The position numbers and the translations under genes were made by a program. From assembly GCF_009834535.1 (NCBI RefSeq), contig NC_045697.1, positions 84,942,001 to 85,006,000 on the forward strand: a stretch of 64,000 nt of DNA, in the 5' to 3' direction. Below, in pieces: positions 1-13,325 of the stretch. Source of the stretch: Camelus ferus. Its lineage: Eukaryota. The notes under the pieces were generated by a model. The model saw only the letters and a list, made by a program, of their open reading frames with translations. It did no database searches and had not been told where the DNA came from. Numbering within the stretch: position 1 is the first letter of the stretch; each line of letters begins with the position of its first letter.

Positions 1-639
1 TTACCTGTTACAAAGATATTGAGGCTTTTAAAGAGGTAGTTACATTACAGATGTATTAAACCTGAAATTTTTGTCCTAAATGTATTGAAATAAATTGCAA
101 TATTAATATCTACAACAGTGGAAAATGGAAAAACAGAAGTAGAGGAACAGCATAAAGAATTCCCTGAGTTTTAAAGTATTTTTTTGACAATTTATAAATA
201 TCAATCATGAAATTAAGTATTTTTTACATTATTTAAATAAATAAAATAAACATCATAAGGCTGACAAATGCATCCTATTGCTCCAACTGGTAATTAACCA
301 TTACCAGTTTTATTTGTTGAGTGAAATCTGGAAATAGAAGTAAATGAAAGAAGATTGTGGGCTGCAGATGGTAACTTAGCACCTAAGCTAGACAGTTCTC
401 TTACCTTCCACTAAAGAATCCCGAAGAAGGAAAACTGGGGCATATGAAGAGAAGAATAGTTAAGAAAGATGTGATATATGAGGAGAATAGGATAGAAGAT
501 ATATGAAGATAAACTTTTTTTCAAAATAAATCAACAGTGATTAAGTTTCTACCCTCCAGCAGCTCATCATGTGGTATAGGAAAGGGTAAACACGTAACTG
601 AAAAATTACCAAGAAGATAACACATGAAAAGAATACCCA

Positions 640-793
640 TTATCATTACACATCAAGGAATTGCAAATTAAAAGCTCAATAAAATACCACTCCACACCTT
701 CTAGAAAGGCTAAATATTTTGAAACTGACAACATCAAATGTTAACAAGAATGTGCAACAATTAGGACTCTCATGCATAATCGGTGGGAGTATA
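640..793 (+). mobile_element. Old LINE-1 (L1M) ORF2 3' fragment
   Basis: catcaaggaattgcaaattaaaagctcaataaaataccactccacacc...ggtgggagtataaa resembles the L1 ORF2 segment encoding IREMQIKTT.RYH.TP. Confidence 0.75.
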
Positions 794-1270
794 AAGGCAT
801 TACCTGGGTATTCTAGACATACCTTTAAGATGGCATTCGGAGCTGAGAGAATGGATTTTATTTATTTATTGCTTACTTAAAGTAGGACATGATACTACAT
901 GTTTGATCCTCCCTGGCCTAAAGCACTGGTTTTCTATTTCCCCTAATTTTATTGATGGAATAAAATCCTTAGTTAAGAAGACTTGATCTTATTCAAGTAT
1001 ATGTTATGTAATTTGGATAATGACATTTAAACGTCTCTGATATATCTGGAAACTGTTGAACTTTTCCATGAATCCAATAAATGAACAATCTTTTACTAAA
1101 CACCTTTTTGAAGTAGAGTAAGTTTCATAACATCTCTGGTTAAGATGAAAGAAATTTGTTAACCATGTTCCCAGTAATCACTCTGAATATCCTCAGTTCC
1201 CAGTATTCATCCTGGGGACTCCAAGGTTTGGGTATCTGCACACGGAGGCAGAAGAAGGTGCTGGGTGGAG

Positions 1271-1525
1271 GTGCATTAAATGCACAAAAATGTTTTCCAC
1301 ACGAACTTATTGGGGTCTGATTCTAATTGGACTGTAATTTGCATGGTTAAATTCTCATCAAATCTGGTTATACTTTTTTTTTTTTTTTTGCAGCTAATAG
1401 CATCTGTTACCACTTAGTTTCATATAATGATTTGCTTGACTGAAAAGTGAATCTTTTTGTTAATTTACTCTAAATTGAGAGGCTGGATTTGCAATCTCCA
1501 CTCCAGCCCTGTTAGAGCCAATCAG
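1271..1525. promoter_or_regulatory. Candidate enhancer (POU/homeobox/NF-Y motif cluster)
   Basis: Palindrome GTGCATT-A-AATGCAC 1271-1285, TAATTG 1324-1329, octamer ATTTGCAT 1337-1344, CCAAT box AGCCAATCAG 1516-1525; no recognisable repeat. Confidence 0.3.
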
Positions 1526-2614
1526 AGGAGCTCAATGTGTATATGTAGTATGCATTTTCCTGCCTAATTATTAAAATTATTCTTATATTTCCTTGGAAAC
1601 CATAGGCAGTTACCTAAAGAAGACCACTTTAAAATTCTTTAGGCAGAATTTCAGATTTCAAAAGGTCAAGAACTTGATGATTGGCCACAGCCAAAATCTT
1701 ATCTTTGCTTCTTGTTAGTAATTTTCTGGCCATCCCAAAGAGCATGACAGTTATGCCAAGCCATTGGAAACATGGTTTTGATTAATCTCATCCCATTTTA
1801 AATGTTTTCTGTCATTGTGCTCTTATTATGTTAATCTAAAAAAAAACTATTACTATAACAGTTCATGCATTCAAGAAATGACCGTATTAAGCTGTTCAAA
1901 GTTCAGTATTGTATTGCAGTATAGTTGAATTCCCTAAAATTAGCAGAAGATGAAATCACTATTGAGTTCATTATTTCTTCAAGGTTCTTCAATTTGGGAG
2001 CAAAGAATTGAGCATGATCTTTCACAGTCAGTCCCATTCTAGGAGAACTTTGCTGGCCTGCATTGGTATCTCTGCCACGGGATTCTGTGAGAATGGGCCA
2101 CCGGGAAGGTGCTGACATACTGATCTAATCAGAAAAGGTTAAGTTCAGCCTCTGGAATAACAGTAGTTGATCAAGATGCACTTCAGCAGAGCGCAGCAGC
2201 CCTTGCACTGGCTCTCGTCCAACTGTGTTTTGACCACTTCTGATTTACATCACCTGCTGTGAGGTGGGCCTGGCAGCCTGTGTTCTTTCCCCTGTGTGTC
2301 TCCATCACTGAATCACCTCTGCAGGTTCTTTGGGTGGCTAGACCTTTCTCATCTCAGGGCTTTCTACCTCTTGCCCTGCAACACCCATGGGCCATTTCAA
2401 CCATGTTCTCTGTTGCCTCCAATCAGCAGGGTAATGTGTAGTCTCCTCCATTTATATCAAGCTGTCCCAGATGAGGGGTGGTCATTCTTTGCACGAATGA
2501 GACCGATCTCTCTCTGCCATGGGACCCTTTCATAGCCTCCCCACAGAGGGCAGTGTGTGGAAGGCAGGGGAAAGGATAACAACACACAAGTACAGTCCTT
2601 ATCACCTGGCCCTG

Positions 2615-2892
2615 GTAAGCAGTTCACAGCATGGCTGTCGGCCTTCTTCCAGGCCAACAAGGGTGGTTCTCTCCAGTATGTCTCCTTCTCTTAAAGTACT
2701 TCTGGTGAGGTTTGGCCTACCCAGGATAATCTTTCTTTTCATGAACCGAAAGTCACCTGGTTAGTAATCTAACTCATGAGTGTTTTCCCATTTTATTCAT
2801 ACATTTCCTCACACTCAAGGGGAGAGGATTATACAGAGTGTGTGTACCAGAGGGTGGGAATGCTGGGGACCATCTCAGAATCCTGCCTACCA
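2615..2892 (-). mobile_element. ERVL-MaLR LTR, MLT1E/F-like, 5' part
   Basis: Reverse complement begins tggtaggcaggattctgagatggtccccagcattcccaccctctggtacacacactctgtataatcctctccccttgagtgtg, the typical MLT1 5' end. Confidence 0.8.
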
Positions 2893-3199
2893 GCCTGAAT
2901 AGTCCTTTAAAATAGTCTTTTAGTTGACCTGTTTTCTTTCTAAGTAAACAAAGAAATCATCTGCAGATGATGATTAATGTAACTGTGTTCCAGTTTCATG
3001 CAGAACAAATATTAAATTGTCTTCTTCTGACTTTAGTGGTTGTATCGTATTTCTCCTTTATGTACCATGCTTCATACACTCACACATGTAGGCATAGAAT
3101 GATGTAAATGTATCCATCCATTCATATTTTGTTAAGAGCTTTCATTGAGAATGGACATTGAGGACGATAATTTCTTTTCTGTTTTAAGAGATTGTTTAT

Positions 3200-3345
3200 T
3201 GTGGTATTTAAAAGCACTCACTGGAGTCAAACTGGCTTGTGTGTTAATAGTGGCTCTGCTACTAGTTGTGAGCAAGTCACTTTTCTTCTCCATAGCTGTT
3301 CCTTCATTTGCAAAATGGGGATAATAATAATAATACCTATGTTGA
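3200..3345 (+). mobile_element. MIR SINE
   Basis: ggctctgctactagttgtgagcaagtcac...ttccttcatttgcaaaatggggataataataat is the MIR core. Confidence 0.8.
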
Positions 3346-4074
3346 TAAGTTACTGATTTACTAAATTATCTTGATAGATCCCCTAACAGAAGTATCCTTC
3401 CATTACACACATGTGTTTTCCAACCAATAAGTGAATTTTTAAATTTCCTTTATGTCTTACAATTTCAGGAAAGTTATTTTCTTTAATACAAATGGCTTAC
3501 TCAAGTGATATAGCTAAATAAACTTATAATGTCATAAATAACTTGAACCCAACACTCAGGAATAAAATAACTTGATTTTTAATGTTCAGAGTAATATAAT
3601 TCTTTAAAAACAAACTCTGAAGTAACTGGTTGGAGTAAAATTTTTTCTGAATAAATGATTTTATTCGCTTTTTAGAGAAAAAATTGTGTATATATTTTTG
3701 AACTACACTCAAACTCATCAAATGAGCAGGAAGAGCTCTTTGTAAAGAATTTATTAAATAAGTTGATCAGGAATTGATTTACTTGTTTCTCTGTTTTAAA
3801 ACTGACCAACACCCAGCTTTTACGTGCTTATCTATCTAGTGTTTCTGGAGTACTAACGAGCAGTGCTCAGTGAGGAATCTTTCCATAATTCTTCTATCTA
3901 TGCCTTATGTGAATATACAGAAATTTGCCAAGGGTGGTACTGAAAAATATTCAATAGCCACGTGGCCCCAGGCCTGAGCAAGTAGAATGGACGTGGGTTA
4001 CAAACCACTGGTGTGGCCTCCCTGTCATGTACAAGCTCACCTTTGATCCTGCTGTAACAAAATCAACAGGTAAC

Positions 4075-4290
4075 AAAAGCTAGTATTTCCTGAACACTTG
4101 CTAAGTGCCAGGCACTCTTCTGATACCCTTATCTGTATTAATTGCTTTAACTTCCACCAAAACCCTAGGATTTAGGCACTATCGTTATCCTTATCCTACA
4201 GCTGAAGAAACAAGCAGAGAGGTCAAGAAACTGACCCAAGGACACCAACTCATAAGTGACAGAATCAGGCTCCAATCTCTTAGTCATTAT
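4075..4290 (-). mobile_element. MIR SINE
   Basis: gtgccaggcact...acagctgaagaaacaagcagagaggtcaagaaactgacccaaggacac is the reverse-complement MIR core. Confidence 0.8.
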
Positions 4291-4604
4291 GTTCAACACC
4301 CCCTCCCTCAATACTTATCCCTGTCCCTACCCTATCATCTTCACTTTGAAGTTTTAGTAGCAATAAAGAGCCTGAAAAAACACTTGGTTCTTCCCTACAT
4401 AATACACTGAACTTAAATTTTGGTGTAAAGTACTTGTTACTGAGCCTGAAATAGGTATCTTGGTGGAGGATTCCTAACATTGTTAGCCTCATGATTTAAA
4501 GAAAGCCATTGTTAATTTTACTTTTGAAATCCATTTAATTTTTACATTAAAAGTTATGATAAACCTGTTGGGGTTTTTGAAAATTAAAATCTTTTTGTCT
4601 GCAG

Positions 4605-4665
4605 GTACATCCTCACCAATTGCATGGTCTACAGATTTTGAAAGTTTCAAAAATACTGATACAAG
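4605..4665 (+). other. Candidate 61-nt exon (possibly cryptic or non-coding)
   Basis: ctttttgtctgcag| ... AAG|gtaaga; one open frame reads TSSPIAWSTDFESFKNTDT; no recognised protein. Confidence 0.15.
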
Positions 4666-5249
4666 GTAAGAATACATTTTCCTACTGGATGAGTAAAGGG
4701 TGTGAATGTTTCCCTGTGGCTAGAATGCAATGGTCTGGAATTATGAAACAGACACTTACAATGTGGTTGTGGGTGAGGTTTCTTTAAAATTCATTTTAAC
4801 AAGTGATTTCAACGCTTCTTCACTTCTATTAGAAAAAAAATTAACATTAGAATTTGTATTACCATAAACCTATGAATTTTATTCAAATCTGAGCATAAAT
4901 CTCATCTTAAAAGAAACATCTGTATGCTTTGGATCATAAAACCTCTATTCTCAATTGCACTTAGAAGATAAACAACTAATTTCCAGTAAACCAAATGGGG
5001 CAATTATGGTTCAGAATTCATGAACATTAGAATATTAACAGCATCATCTAGATGGTGCTTGTTGGTATTTGCATGTTCAGATCATTTTAAGTTATAGTGA
5101 TTCAGGAGCTCTAAATAAAAGCATTCATCTGTCAGTGTTTTTTTTGCAGTGGAGGGGGTCAGTTTTAAAATACTTAGCTCCTGTCATTATTTCTAGTCAT
5201 GGTAGCACTAGATTTCAGATGCTGTGGATGGAAAAACTGGAAATGCTTG

Positions 5250-5570
5250 CGGCTGACTCTGCTTCACGTCCTGCTTTCCCTTCCCACACTGGGGTAACAG
5301 CATGAGGAGGGTGAGCAATGCTAACACCCTGATTACAAACACATTGGCGCCCCACTAGGGAGGATATATGTGCGGGAAGAGCCATTTGAAAGTTACGCCA
5401 TTTTTCTTTTGAAATACAGACGTCTGCGTGACAAATAACAAAGTCAAATAAAGATTTAACATTGCAGTAGAAGCAGTGAAATACTCTAAAAGTATCTTCT
5501 GACCCCTTATTCTTGTTCACTGAAGTGGTTGTCATGGAATAAGAGCCTTTGTGGCGGTGTGGTCATAAAC
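5250..5570. promoter_or_regulatory. Locally CpG-retaining element with CTCF-like motif
   Basis: About 8 CpGs in ~320 bp; TGGCGCCCACTAGGGAGG at 5345-5362 (reverse CCTCCCTAGTGGGCGCCA) resembles the CTCF core; forkhead-like TAAACA/AAATAA words. Confidence 0.35.
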
Positions 5571-6829
5571 AACCCATACTCTTTCTGTCTCATCATTCTT
5601 GGGCTGTGGTCATAACACTTTGATGCTTTTTCTAGAAAAATATTTTCCTTTCCTAATTCTGTCCCTTAGGCATGATTTCCACAGCCTCACATTTGCAGAA
5701 ATGATTTCTTCTAAAAAAAGAAATCTAATTAAACCATTTATCACCTTTTCTTTTTCCAAAAGTGTAGAGTAACAAATTCGCCCAAGTCTGCCATGCAGTT
5801 GATAGATGGGGAATAAAGATGTAGAGTCATTTATTTTAGCTGCAAACTTGGAAATAAAATACTTGTTGGGCTACAGGCCAATAGCCTTTCAGAGATGATA
5901 GCTTATAGAATGTGGTAAGACCTGGTATAGAAACTTCCACTCCTTTGTCCAAGGGGACAGAATACTCTGTCTTCCACCCCTAATTCCAACCATTAACCCA
6001 GAACCGGAGTAATCTAACTCTCTGCATTATACCACAAAGTATATTTTTGATAGCTTTGGAAAGATGAAATTGATGTTGCATATAATATCAAATTTCTTTA
6101 TAGTCTTATGAGAGAATGAAAATAATTGGCCTTGAAAGTATAAGGCTAAGAAAATGATACATAATGCAAAACAATGTAAATTATTTACTACTGATTTCAG
6201 TTAATGTTTGCAGCATCAAAAACTGAGTGCCACAGCTTATAATGTATCTAATGGGTTCTATGCTTATTTCAAAAATAAAGGTAAATGCTCAGGATGGCTG
6301 ATTAAGGAACATGGAAATCTAATTGTTTCCATAGTTTATTGTTTTCCTCGAATATAGTTCTTATTATTCAAAGCACAAACAGACAGGCTTACTTCCCTTG
6401 CCAAACACAAAACTTTTACATAATTGTTCAATCAGCATTAAAATTTTAAAGTCCCCCATTTTCTTCTTTATTTTGGAGTTTAGCTTAGAAATTGTCTCTT
6501 TTTCGATGGAGAAAGAAAAACTTCTTTTACTTTTTTCAAAAATGAAAAATATATTAAATACAAGCCAGATTGCCTATCCTAGAGAGATAAACCAAAAATA
6601 CATGAAAAGACAATTAAAATTATAATACATGTCAAAAAAGTGATTATTTGTCAAATGAATGATCAAAAATCATGCTAAGATTTCAGAAGAGGAAATCATC
6701 ACTGACGGTTACCTTGGTTAAAAGAGTTCATACAAGGGAAGAAATTGAACTGAACTTTGAAGGAGGAAAAGGATTTGTATAAACGGGGTGGAAAGGAGAG
6801 ATCAGATGTGATCATCAATATAGTACAAA

Positions 6830-7600
6830 GAATTACTGTTTTAGTTGTGGTCACTTTGATGGCTTTGCACAAGAGACATTTATCACTTACTCATGTAACA
6901 GTGCAAGGCTGGTGTCTTCCACTCTGTGGTTATCCAGAGACCAAGGGACCTTTCATTTTATGGCTCTGACATCCTTTAGGATCCTGTCATTATTTGAAAT
7001 AAGATAGAGGAAGGAAAGTTATGCTAAGTGAAATAAATCAGACAGACAAAGACAAATACTATATGATATCACTTATATGTGGAATCTAACAAATACAACA
7101 AACTAGTGAATGTAACAAAAAGGTAACAGACTCAGACATAGAGGACAAACTAGTGGTTACCAGTGGAAAGAGAGAAGGGAGGAGGGGGAACAGAGGGGTA
7201 AGGGATTAAGAGGTACAAACTATTATGTATAAAATGAACTACAGGAATATTATACAACACAGGCAATATAGCCAATATTTTATAATAACTATAAATAGAG
7301 TACAACCTTCAAAAATTGTGAATCAATATATTGTACACCTGAAAATATAACGTTGTACATCAGCTATACTTCAAGAAATATTGAAAAAAAAGCATACAGT
7401 TTTCTTGAATGCCCTGATTGGACATGATGCACACAATTCCTGCTCATATTCCACGGATGAAAACCAGTCACTTGGCCACTCGTAAGCTCATGGGGAATGT
7501 AATCTCTGGCTGGATACCCACTTTCCAGTGACACAGATGGAGAAACCCACAGCTGAGGGTATGAGAAGAAATTCAGGGTTGGTGGTTTGTTGGTTTCTAA
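6830..7600 (-). mobile_element. Old MaLR LTR (MLT1J/K/L-like), split by an L1 insertion
   Basis: atccagagaccaagggacctttcattttatggctctgacatc before the L1; cctgctcatattccacggatgaaaaccagtcacttggccac...ggggaatgtaatct after it. Confidence 0.6.
7019..7391 (+). mobile_element. 5'-truncated LINE-1 3' end (laurasiatherian/cetartiodactyl type)
   Basis: atgctaagtgaaataaatcagacagacaaagacaaatactatatgatatcacttatatgtggaatct...tgtacacctgaaa...ctatacttcaa plus A-rich tail. Confidence 0.92.
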
Positions 7601-7714
7601 CTTTGCTTCTCTTTTCAAATTTCAATCTAAATGCTCTTCCCTGAGGAATGTCCTCCACAAACAGAGATTCCTTACTCTCCTAAATGGTTCCTCTGTTTTG
7701 TCTTTAGCTCAGAA

Positions 7715-8495
7715 TTTTCTGAAGGTCAAGATCTGCAAATCCACAGCTTGCTAAACCCATCTTTCCCCTTGGTTATCCTCAGGCATCTAAAATGCAACTT
7801 ATACAAATGGAAACATTAGCGTCTTCCCAAGTTTGTTCTCATGCCATATAGTCTATCCTGAAGAATGGCTGTAGTCTCATAGCAACTGCTCAAGCCATAG
7901 ACCTTGAAGATATATTTGACTCCTCGCAATCTCTCTCCCTTTTTAAACCATTTGTCTCATCCTTCCCTTCATCCCTATTCCTTCACTTTCCTCCTGGATT
8001 TTTGCAAGGACATCCTGACCTGACTCCTTGATGTCATTGTAGATGCCCTTCAATTCACCCATCATAATTTTCTTGGGGTGATATTTCCAAACTGTGTATC
8101 TGATCTTATTAATCTCCTGTTAAATCTCTTAGGATAAGGTCCAACCACTTAGGTTGGTACACCAAGTTCAGATTCTGCTTATTTTTTAGCCTCTTTCCCC
8201 GTTATTTTCCAATGTGTTTGCCTAGCTAGGGTAATTCCGAACTATGTGTGTTTCCATACATCCTTTCTACTTTATATAAAAGCTCTTCCTTTTCCTCCTT
8301 CTCCCTGGCCTCTTTCAGCTGTCAGTGTGTCTTCCCCTCCTGTCCCTCTCAAAATTCATACTGTTTCTTCTGAGAAGAGCTATCCTTGCTCCTTACGTAC
8401 TGAGATTGGGGTAGATATGTTCACCCTCGCACCTATCAAGTTTTTCTATTCTCCATCTCCTGTCACTGTGTCACAAGTATTTATTTCTGTCTGAA
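7715..8495 (+). mobile_element. L2 LINE fragment
   Basis: Pyrimidine-rich L2-like text: tcctcaggcatctaaaatgcaactt, tttgactcctc, tctgatcttattaatctcctgttaaa, ttaggataaggtccaa. Confidence 0.65.
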
Positions 8496-8499
8496 ACCA

Positions 8500-8640
8500 T
8501 TATGATCTCCTGGGAATTTTAAAGAAATACCCATGAGTGGCCCTCATTCCACACCAATGAAATTGAAATCTCTAGATGGGAAATGTTTTAAAAGCTTTTC
8601 TAGTGATTCTAGTGTGAAGCCAAGGTTGAGAACTGCTGCT
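8500..8640. mobile_element. MER5-type hAT-Charlie MITE
   Basis: tgttttaaaagcttttctagtgattctagtgtgaagccaaggttgagaactgctg matches a MER5A/B end. Confidence 0.75.
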
Positions 8641-11029
8641 GAAGGGAGTTAAGTGTAAGGCACTGCTGTAAGGCATTGGCTATTGGAGGAATTGAGAAAA
8701 AAGAGGGAGAGGAAGAGAGAGAGGGATGAAGGAAGGGAAGGAGAACTATATATGTGGAAAAAAAGAGGAAGAATGGGAATAAATATTCACTAAATATCTC
8801 CTTAGTGCCAGGCATACAGGGATTTTAATTGAGCTAAATACTTTGAAGTTTATCCCAGCCAATGTGCAAACCCTTAAAAATTTCTTGGGAGCCCTTAAAT
8901 ATTACATGGAAGTAACAATTGTGTTGTCACGACACTAATCAGTGATGATGTGCTAGGTGCTCAAATAAGGACTGGAGTGAGATCAGTAAAAAATTAACAA
9001 CCTAATGTTAGTATTAATTGAATCAGAATTATATCATAGTTTATTTTTATTAATTCATTTTTATTAATAAATGAGTTTATCCCTCCCCAGTGTACATTTT
9101 GCCAGATTCTTTTTTAACACTAACTTCTGCATGTGACTTTACATCATTTCAGTGCATGTGTGCTGGCGAAGGTGTTTATGTTCATCTCCACATTTGTCAG
9201 CAGCACTGCAGATTGAGCATATGGGGTGAAATCATCTTTGCCACATGTAAGCACATGAGTCCTCCATGTCCTGATTTTGGAGTCATATATACTGAGAAAG
9301 AAAATACTTGAAAGGAAACAATAAAGAAAACAAAAATAAAGAAAGTAAAAATAAATGAGGAAAAATGTTACAAGTGCTTCTAATTTCAGTAAAGTCTATG
9401 ATATTTAAATAATTTTAAAATTCCAGAAAGATGATTGGCATTTAGTATTTGTTGAGTTGCTATTTCAAATGTTTTCTACTTGTTTTAAGTTGATTAATTT
9501 AAAGGCCCAAAAAATCAATATTGCTATGTTCAAACAGAAAGCCACAAGCCTAAGTAGGTAAAAAAAAGATGGATATTATGGGAAAATGGCTTTTGAACCT
9601 TACCTGTGGCTTACTGTTCATTTCAAATTCTTCCACTGATATTAATGAAAACCACTATATTTTATCATTGAGCCACTGGATTAACCAAAGCTTGAAGCCA
9701 TCCTACTCCAGGACTTTCCAGATAGGAGATAAGCGTGTCTATGGAAGCTATCTTGTGTTACTTATTTTCCTGCACCAGTTTTCATAGTGAAGGCAGAGAC
9801 ACACTTGCTTTTCTCATGTTTCATTAAATAACTGAAATATATAAACTCTCAAACAAAAGAGAGATGGGGTGTCAGGTTGTACTGGGAATATATAATTATG
9901 CTAAATAAATAAGAAATATGATATATTTAATATCCAACCTATTTGTTCACCAGGGAGAGACAAATACGTATTTGTGTGTGTATTACATTTCTCAACCCAC
10001 AACCATATCATTTGCCTCAGTGTGTGATCACCAGTGCTTGAAACAATATCCCAAGAATGCTATAGCAGTTGGGCAATAAATAAGTTTGTATGTTGGATGG
10101 ATTTTGGAAAATCAGTTTCTATTGACTACTGGCTAAGCAAATCTTTCTAATACTATTTTGAATGATTGTGTCACTCAGAGTCATATTTCTCACTTGTTAC
10201 AGTTTCCTAAACTCATATGTTACATAATTCATTCCCCTGAATATACAGCATACCTAGATATAGGGATATCTTTGAATTCATTTCCTTTTTTTCTGAAATG
10301 ATACGACATTCAGGGGGAAATATATCTAATTATTATCTGTCGTCAGCACTCTCAGTAAGCCTCAGCAAAAAATTGTTAAAATAACTATAAAATTACAGTT
10401 TTATAGATATTTTTAAGCTACATCTATTGGGTAGCTTCCAAAATAGAAGAAGATAATGTTCATATTTGTTGCTGTTACCCAAGATATTTTTCACCTGAGA
10501 TAGAATGGTCAGTTATGTGTGAAACAAAACAAAAAAAACAAAGAAGAGGCAAAGCAATTTGACTATTTGTGCTCTCCATCATCTACTTCCTTCACAGTCT
10601 GCTGTACCTGCCTGGCTGTCTACTGGTTAAAACTTCTTAACTTATGTACACTTTTTGTCATATAAATGTGGTGTAATTGCATCACCACATGTGAGATTTA
10701 ACCCAGAATACACCAGACTCTTCCTTAGGCTTAATACTTGATCTACGTATCCATGAGAATGGCTATCAGAGGTCTGATTTTAGGGGAAAGTCAGAGATTG
10801 AAAGGGCAGTTTGAGGTGATAATATTAGGTCCCTTCAAAACACAGCAGTCTGAGGCCACCTTTGTTTTTCTGTCTATGTTGATGAATTTGTGACTCATCA
10901 TTGTGCCCCATTAAATAGAATAATAAACTTTTTTTCCATAATTTGAGTAGTTCATACTGTAGGATTTTACTCTGCATGGAATGCTGCTTCTCAGGATTTT
11001 TGCTTTGTTCACTGCTTTTCATTATCTAC

Positions 11030-11210
11030 AGCTTAGAAACTATACATCTTAAAATAGCATCCCCTACACCAGTCAGGTCTATTCCATTACTCTTCTTTAT
11101 TTTCTGCACGGTAGTAAGTACTGTCTGAAGCATCTTGTCTCCCATGACTGGAATGTGCTCTCCATGGAAGCAAATACATTGTGCATCTCCTGTACAGCTG
11201 AACCCTCTGT
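11030..11210 (+). mobile_element. L2 3' fragment
   Basis: tgtctcccatgactggaatgtgctctccatggaagcaaatacattgt resembles the L2 3' region. Confidence 0.5.
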
Positions 11211-11759
11211 ATCTGTGATTTCAGGAGAGCTCATGTTCCTTTACGATTCTGGCAGTTCAGACCACCCATGGCTGCCCAATGGCACGATGGCATATTTGTG
11301 TGAATAGAAAAAGCCATCTTCTTTGGGCAAACTTTTTCACAAAGTCACCTCCTCTTGGTGAGATGACCCCATAGGTGCAAATCTTGGCAGGTAGAATGAG
11401 TTATCATACAAACTAGTCATCCCCATGCTAGGATGCTCTACTGGTTGGATAATCTGCACAATCCCATAAGCAGTGACAGTGGTCCAATCTCTGCTATAGT
11501 TCCCAGCATCACCAAGACACTGGAGCATTGGGGATAGTGGGGGAATCACATCCAAACTTAAGAGAAGGGAGTCAGTTGTGGTGGCAAGACATAGATCCCT
11601 CTAACTTCTGCCTTATCCCTCACTCATGATCTGTTGTTGACAAGAACTGTGTCTTACCCTTATGGCACAGGGCTGTGTCTTATTCATTTCTAATTCTTCA
11701 TCACCTAGCACAGGATTCAAAATTGTTCAAGAAATTTGAACTCATGTTAAAAAAAAGGG

Positions 11760-11880
11760 TGAAGACTAGAGAAGGAGGGTTAATGCAAAGAAGAAAGAAG
11801 GGAGGAAAGGAAGAGGAAGAAAGGGAGGGAAGGAAGGATGGGGAGGGTGAGGAGGAGGAAGGGAAGAAGAGTAAGAGTAA
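11760..11880. repeat. Purine-rich (GA/GGAA) low-complexity tract
   Basis: gaagaaagaagggaggaaaggaagaggaagaaagggagggaaggaagg... Confidence 0.85.
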
Positions 11881-13167
11881 AGTTGCATAGACCTCAAATG
11901 GACTTGACTCCTCACAGAGATTGGAAACACTCACATATAATCACACAGCCACAGATGTCCCTGTCCTTGAGAATCATCAACATGTATTTTTTGACTCCTC
12001 TACGACAGCCTTGTTCTAATATCTAGTGATTCAACTCTAAACCTATTCAACCCATCTTTCCATCCCATCTGCCTCTGCATTTTTAAGCGACTTTTATCTA
12101 ATGTCCAAAGACCATTCTGGACACAATTCTGTCAAATCTTGAATTCTCCTTTTCACAGTTTTAGAGCTTCCTTTTCTTAACACACGAGAAACTAATGAGG
12201 AGAGCTTGCATTCACATTGCCCTCATGAGTGTGACAGTGGAAGCCAGCTGCCCTCCATCCAGAAACTGAATAGGGCTTCAGCTTCCATTTGTCTGTTTAT
12301 TCATTCAGCAGATGTTTCTTTCCTTCCTACTCCATGCCAAGCACTCTATGCCAAGTTCTTACCTGAAATAAACTCCTCACCCCACCTTTAACCAGTCTTC
12401 TGACACACAAAGGTGTCTTTACCATTAGCCGACCCCTTGAGGCACAGCTCTCACTACACAGCGTCCTGAACATGCCTGCTGGCCCATGTTGCATGTGCTT
12501 CTTTCTCTGCCTCGGTCAACTCTCGTCTTTTCTCAGTCCTCAGCAGTTTGATACAAGAAGCTGCTGTTGAAAGAAGATGGACTCCCGTCTAGTCTCTTAA
12601 GGGTCTCTAACTCACCCAGCAAAGTATCTTCTTTTCCTTAAACTCCTACTAAATATTCCTATTACTGTCTCTGGCTGAAAGTTAGATTATTGTCTTTTAT
12701 AGTAACAGACTTGGAAAGAAATACTGTTTTATTTTGGGAAATGAAAACAAGGTTGACACATTTAGAAGATTTTAAAGCGTTTGATAGTGACCTGAACATA
12801 ACAGATTGGATTGACAGGGTCTTTAGGAAGTTTAAAAATATGGAAAGTGTGTGAAGAAAAAGATTTTAACATGTCGAATGCATAATTAGAAGAGTCTCAA
12901 AACCCAGAGAAACTGATACGTGGTGATGCATCTTGAGATGAGGTTTTGAAATTCCTTTAGGCCAGTAGTTCATATGAGAAATCTAGAACCATTTTAAAAT
13001 GATTATATAGTGATTATATTGATGCAGAAGAAATGCCAATTCCTTTTATTAAGAATAACTGTTATACCTAATTTTGTCAAGATACCAAAATATTCAAAAG
13101 ACTCCAGAAGGCAGGGTCACACCATACACTTTTGGCATCCTTCACATGTGCCCACACGTACATTACG

Positions 13168-13325
13168 TCATTGGTTCTCACATTTCTGTGTCCAGAGACC
13201 AACCCGAGCAGTTTCTTATAAAGCAGATGCTAGGCTTCAGTCCAGAGATGCTGAGTTAGTAGACTTGATTTCAAGCCCCCAAATCTGAATTTTTAATAAT
13301 TACCTCTTGTGTTTCTAAAGCAAGT
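13168..13325. mobile_element. MER5A-like MITE
   Basis: cattggttctcacattt...aaagcagatgctagg...cagagatgctgagttagtaga...aatctgaatttttaataa. Confidence 0.65.

Noticed and set aside
11675..11934. Lys/Glu-rich and Ser/Pro/Phe-rich ORFs
   Set aside because: Translation artefacts of a purine-rich simple repeat
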